DNA from: Eledone cirrhosa
Taxonomy: Eukaryota
Length of the DNA stretch: 64,000 nucleotides
Assembly (NCBI GenBank): GCA_964016885.1
Contig: OZ024744.1
Coordinates: 59,892,001-59,956,000, forward strand
Direction: 5' to 3'
The translations under genes were made by a program, and so were the position numbers. A model generated the notes under the pieces. The model made no database searches, was not told the origin of the DNA, and was given only the letters and a program-made list of their open reading frames with translations. Positions 57,808 to 64,000 of this stretch are shown here, one piece after another (the stretch's first letter is position 1; each line of letters begins with the position of its first letter).

Positions 57808-58455
57808 TCAAAATATAACCCGCGGGACATAGGGACACAGAAAACTTGAAAAAGATAGACATATTAACAACTCCTGCTCGTCACCTTTCTACTGCGTGTC
57901 CCCATACTTAAAGATGTTTTAAAGTCATAACTATTCTTCGCAGCGCATCTGTTGTCCACAATGAAAGAGAGCTATACGGATGAAATCAACGGATTACACA
58001 CACACACACACACATGCATACATATATATGCGCGTGCTTTCACGAAGACTTAGACATATGTGGAAACATATGTACATACACAGACACGTACAAACAATAC
58101 ATAGACACTCACACAAACACATGCACGTACACATACAGATACACACGCACACGCACATGCATACAAGCACATCTGCACACACGCTTGCAACACCCCTCAC
58201 TCACACACGCACAAACATGTAGAAACGAACACAGACAAATAGCGGTGACTCGAGCCGCTAGAAGTAATAGCGAAATCTTTCTCAAATCACCCTCTTAATA
58301 GTTATTAAATGAACTCAAATAATGTAAAACGTTGGATGATAAAATCTATGAAGTCGTGAATTTGTGTTGACGAAAAATAATTTTGAATGAATTCATTTTT
58401 TTCCTTGTTTGCATCAAAATTGTTACGAACACGTTCGATATAATATTCCAAATAG

Positions 58456-58516
<61 letters not shown>

Positions 58517-58519
<3 letters not shown>

Positions 58520-58908
58520 AACAAAAGATGGTTAAAAGAGTTCCATGTGTTTTATTATGCGCATTTCAAAAACAAATATCATCATGCAATAATATTTGTG
58601 TTTTCATCAGATAAAACAGGATAGTGCAGTTTTAAATCAACATATCATATATGATATGTTGATTTAAAACTGAACTATCCACAAGTGTTTTTTAACCTTC
58701 ATATCATGTCTTCCTGTTTTATCTGATGAAAACACAAATATTATTGCATGATGATATTTGTTTTTGAAATGCGCATAATAAAATACATGGAACTCTTTTA
58801 ACCATCTTTTGTTCTTATATATTATGTATACTCCAGTCCTACAAATTGTAGAGTGCTTCTTATCCGATATCTGCATTGCTTTATTGTACTACAATAAAAC
58901 TCACCTCC

Positions 58909-58911
<3 letters not shown>
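58517..58911. mobile_element. PLE-like foldback with HHRs at 58550-58616 (-) and 58717-58783 (+) and a nested hairpin at 58619-58680
   Basis: ttttat CTGATGA AAAcACAAATAT..ATATTTGTtTTT GAAA TGCGCAT A ataaaa; tail 58823-58911. Confidence 0.85.
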
Positions 58912-58950
<39 letters not shown>

Positions 58951-59087
58951 AACCAGTAAGACCCCGACGGCTGAGCTCAAGCCGTTTCGACGGCTAATTC
59001 TGTCACTCTACTACCCACTCTACTACCCTAAGTATTGAGTACTTTGGTGCGTTATGGTCCACCTGGTTCCTTACCACATTTCCTTCG

Positions 59088-59131
<44 letters not shown>

Positions 59132-59134
<3 letters not shown>

Positions 59135-59510
59135 AAAGAATAGAGGTGTAACACACAAGTTATGATATATTGGTAAACGGAAAAGAAAATGCTGACAAAT
59201 TGTTAACAGTGAAAAATAGTTTAATTAGGAATAAGTGAGAATTAGTAATAGTATTGGTTAGTATTCAGTTTTGGTTTTAAGTTTTTACCGGTTGCGCATT
59301 TCTTAAGCTTTTCAAAAATGATCAGAGCAAACATCACGGACGCTCTATCTCAAAATTATTTTTGAAAAGCATTAGAAATGCGCAACCGGTAAAACTTAAA
59401 ACCAAAACTGAATACTAACCAATACTTTTACTAATTCTCACTTATTCCTAATTAAACTATTTTTCACTGTGAACAATTTGTCACCATTTTCTTTTCCGTT
59501 TACCAATATA
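59132..59510. mobile_element. second copy of the 17797 foldback family, with variant HHRs
   Basis: Same TTGAAAA..GCAA CCGGT core and the same short-arm end (ttaccaatat). Confidence 0.8.
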
Positions 59511-59523
59511 TATATATATATAT

Positions 59524-59649
<126 letters not shown>

Positions 59650-59840
59650 GCGTGTGTGCGTGTGCGCGCGTGCGCGCGTGTGTGCGCGTGTGTGCATGTG
59701 TGTGTGTGAGTGAGTGTGTGTGTAAATCCGTCGGAAAGGTTTATATACTTATATATTTATAATCTTTTTTTCTTCTTCCCTGAGCCTCACTTATATTTTT
59801 GTTTTCAAATCCACATTCAATAAAAACACCAGGATTTTTT

Positions 59841-59894
59841 CATTCTGACGACTGAAAGCAGATTTGTTTGCTTTCAAGAAACTACTGGTAAATG
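59841..59894 (+). ncRNA. hammerhead ribozyme motif
   Basis: catt CTGACGA cTGAAAGCA..TGCTTTCAa GAAA CTACTGGT A aatg; partial inverted copy at 60614-60669. Confidence 0.7.
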
Positions 59895-59940
59895 AAATAA
59901 TTATCTTATGTTGTTTATTTCATAACTATATATATATATA

Positions 59941-60600
59941 GTGTGTTATCTTTTCAACATATTGTATTTTAAAGTAACCAGGATTTCCACTCCTTTGAGC
60001 ACAATATTTACAGGGAACGGCGAGAGTCTATGGCTCCGTTAATGTATCGTGATATTTCGCTCCTTATAACAGTCTTTCTCCTCTTACTCTGTTTGGTTGA
60101 GCACACTTCTCTGAGTGGTTTTGGGCTGCCCTTTCTAGCAGCTCGTCACTCAGAGGCCACTAGTTCACTGCCTTTAAACACGCTGTGACTTCTCTCTCCC
60201 ACGTGTAGCTGGACAGTCACTTTTAAAATTCTCTTAGTGTTGTCTGAAATGTATAGCCTAACACACGCTGATGAACCTGGGTTATTTCATTTCCGTCAAC
60301 AACTTACTGGCGAAATAGATCACTTTGGATTTGTATGTGTGTTATATAGTTATAGAGGTATTTATTTACGCTTTAATTTATATTTTTAATTATCGTTTCT
60401 ATATTCTTCCTTTCATAGGTTATAGATTCCATGCACTGGTGGGTTTTCCCTGTTTTATTGATGGCGCACTGTATCTCTCTCTAGTGTGTTACCTTTTCAA
60501 CATATTGTATTTTAAAGTGCCCAGGATTTCCTCTCCTTTGAGCTCATTATTTACAGGGACCGGCGAGAGTCTATGGCTCCGTTAATGTATCGTGATATTT
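59941..60600 (+). mobile_element. non-coding element with 117-bp direct terminal repeats and a degenerate HHR
   Basis: 59941-60057 is similar to 60484-60600; CTGATGA at 60268 and GAAATAGATC at 60312; TA runs on both sides. Confidence 0.55.
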
Positions 60601-60822
60601 ATAAATATATATATAGTTATGTGATAAACAACATAAGATAATTCATTCCTTTACCAGTGGTTTCTTGAAGACAGATAATACATAACTAAAAAGCTCTGTA
60701 GCCTACATAGAGCACTCTCTTTTCCTTTACCTTTCCTACGGAAATACTTCATTTATATATATGTATGTGACTGTGTGTGTGTGTATATATATATATATGT
60801 ATGTATATATATATATATATAT

Positions 60823-61731
60823 ACTCTTTTACTCTTTTACCTGTTTCAGCCATCCGGCTGAGGCCATGCTGGGGCACCGCCCTTGTTGCTACACATTTTA
60901 TCTCCAGCCTGTATAGGTTGGCCACTGGTGTAGGAGGGAGTTTGTTGCTGCTGCCCTTAGGTTTCCCTCGTGTCTTGCTGTGGGCTCATCCGGAATCCTG
61001 GATAACAAGGTGTCGAGATGTTTCTTAAAGACATCCACCTCCACGTCATGCAAGTCTCGCAGATGCCTCGGCAGCCTGTTGAAGAGTTGAGGGCCCTTGA
61101 ATCCCAGGCTATTGCAATACCTGATCCTTATTCTAGATGTGGAAGACGGGACCTTTGGCACCACACAGTGACGTCCTGTTCGACGGTTGGTCCAGCTCCC
61201 AATGCCAAAGTTTGGTGCTAGTCCCTCCAGGATTTTCCACATGTAGATCACTGCGTATCTCTCCCGTCTTCGCTCCAAGGAGTAGAGGTTCAGTTCCTTC
61301 AGCCTCTCCCAGTAGCTTGTCTCCCTCATCTTGGCAATCCTCTTGGTGTAGCTTCGCTGGATTGCCTCAAGCTCTGTGGTTAGTTTGACACTATGGGGTG
61401 ACCACAGCTGGGAGCAGTAGTCCAGGCGGCTTAGGACAAAAGTCCTCCACAGTGTCAACATGGTGTCTCGATCTCTTGTAAGGAAAGTCCTCAAGATCCA
61501 GCCAGCGAATCGTCTACATGCTGTCGCCACCTTCATGATGTGTGAAGAAAAAGATGCATCATCGCTCATGTCTATGCCCAGGTCTCGTATCGATTTTGAC
61601 ACGGGGATATCGGTCCCTCCTGGTCCTGTGTAGCTGTGTTCCACTATATTTGTGTTTGTGTTTGCAGGTTTGTATTGTAGGGCTTGGAATTTGCCAGCAT
61701 TAAACTGCATGTTGTTTTCTTCCGCCCATCT
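60823..61731 (-). mobile_element. CR1-group LINE, 3' fragment
   Basis: WAEENNMQFN, RDLGI, SRLDYCSQLWSP, LEAIQR, YWERLKELNLYSLERRR; short tandem tail taaaagag. Confidence 0.88.
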
Positions 61732-61869
61732 GTATATATATATATATATATATATAGGTAGATATGTAAGGCTAAAATGTGTTTCTGTGAAGCAATGTGC
61801 AAACAAAGTAAAGAAGGAAGATTGCTTACAAGATCACTTATATATTGATGTTTTAAGTGAAATCAACAA

Positions 61870-62180
61870 TAGTAATTACTGTTTCTACATTTGGCACAAA
61901 GCCAGCAATTATTCCAGTGCATTACTGGTACTTTATTATATTGATCCCCGTAAAGATGAAAGGCAAAGTTAACTTCGACGGGATTTGAACTCAGACCGTA
62001 AAGGGACGTAACAATGTTGGAAAGCATGGCGTCCAACCCTCTACCGATTCTGCCAATCTACCGCCCTATAATAACAATAATTGTTTCTACTTTTGGCACA
62101 AGGCGAGCAATTACCCAGTGCATTACTGGTACTTTATTTTATCGACCCCGTAAGGATGAAAGGCAAAGTCAACCTCGGCA
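61870..62180 (-). mobile_element. tRNA-derived SINE (61870-62066) plus an adjacent 3' fragment (62075-62180)
   Basis: Reverse complement of the 28707-28900 family. Confidence 0.85.
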
Positions 62181-62589
62181 GGATAGTAATAACAATAGTA
62201 ATAACAAAATCAATAACAACATCAATAATATCGACAACAACAGTATTAACAACATCAATAACAACAGCAACAACAACGTGAACATCAATAACATCATCAT
62301 CATCATCATCATCATCAACAGCAACAACAACAACAACAGCATCAACACCCCAACGTGAGCATCAATAACAACGAAATGGTATCTTAGATAAAAAGATTGC
62401 ACCCCCACCCCACCCCACCCCGCCCCACCCACCCACCCCACCCCACACCCCACCCCACACCAAGAGCTTCTTAAGAGAATTTCAAGGAATCCTTATTGAA
62501 ATTCACCGCAGCCCGTTTCCAAGATTCCAAAAATTCTATAAAGTTGACTTCAGGAATTTTATCAGAATTAAATTCCACGGATACTAAAG

Positions 62590-64000
<1,411 letters not shown>

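Overview
Repeat-saturated eukaryotic DNA, most likely cephalopod/octopus (inferred from the tRNA-derived SINE family and the TE and microsatellite make-up). No host gene can be called with confidence. Nearly all ORFs in the track are either microsatellite artefacts or transposon remnants: Tx1-like L1-clade LINEs, R4/Dong-like RLE LINEs, RTE and CR1-group LINEs, an internally deleted Helitron, and SINEs. The unifying hidden structure is a swarm of Penelope-like elements (PLEs). Three carry a C-terminal GIY-YIG endonuclease preceded by CxC-x5-C-x5-C (Hydra-clade-like), and one of these also has a near-full-length RT. These and many small non-coding relatives sit in (TA)n tracts as head-to-head foldback palindromes from about 60 bp to 3.4 kb. 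About 20 minimal type I hammerhead ribozyme (HHR) motifs, found by eye, mark their 3' ends. The HHRs have family-specific palindromic stem IIIs, repeated C3-G8 to U3-A8 core covariation, and a recurrent C mismatch at stem II pair 4. Many tails share a TGAGT(G/A)C motif. A TIR-bounded element carrying a tRNA-like Pol III unit occurs twice. All structures were folded by eye and none is experimentally shown.
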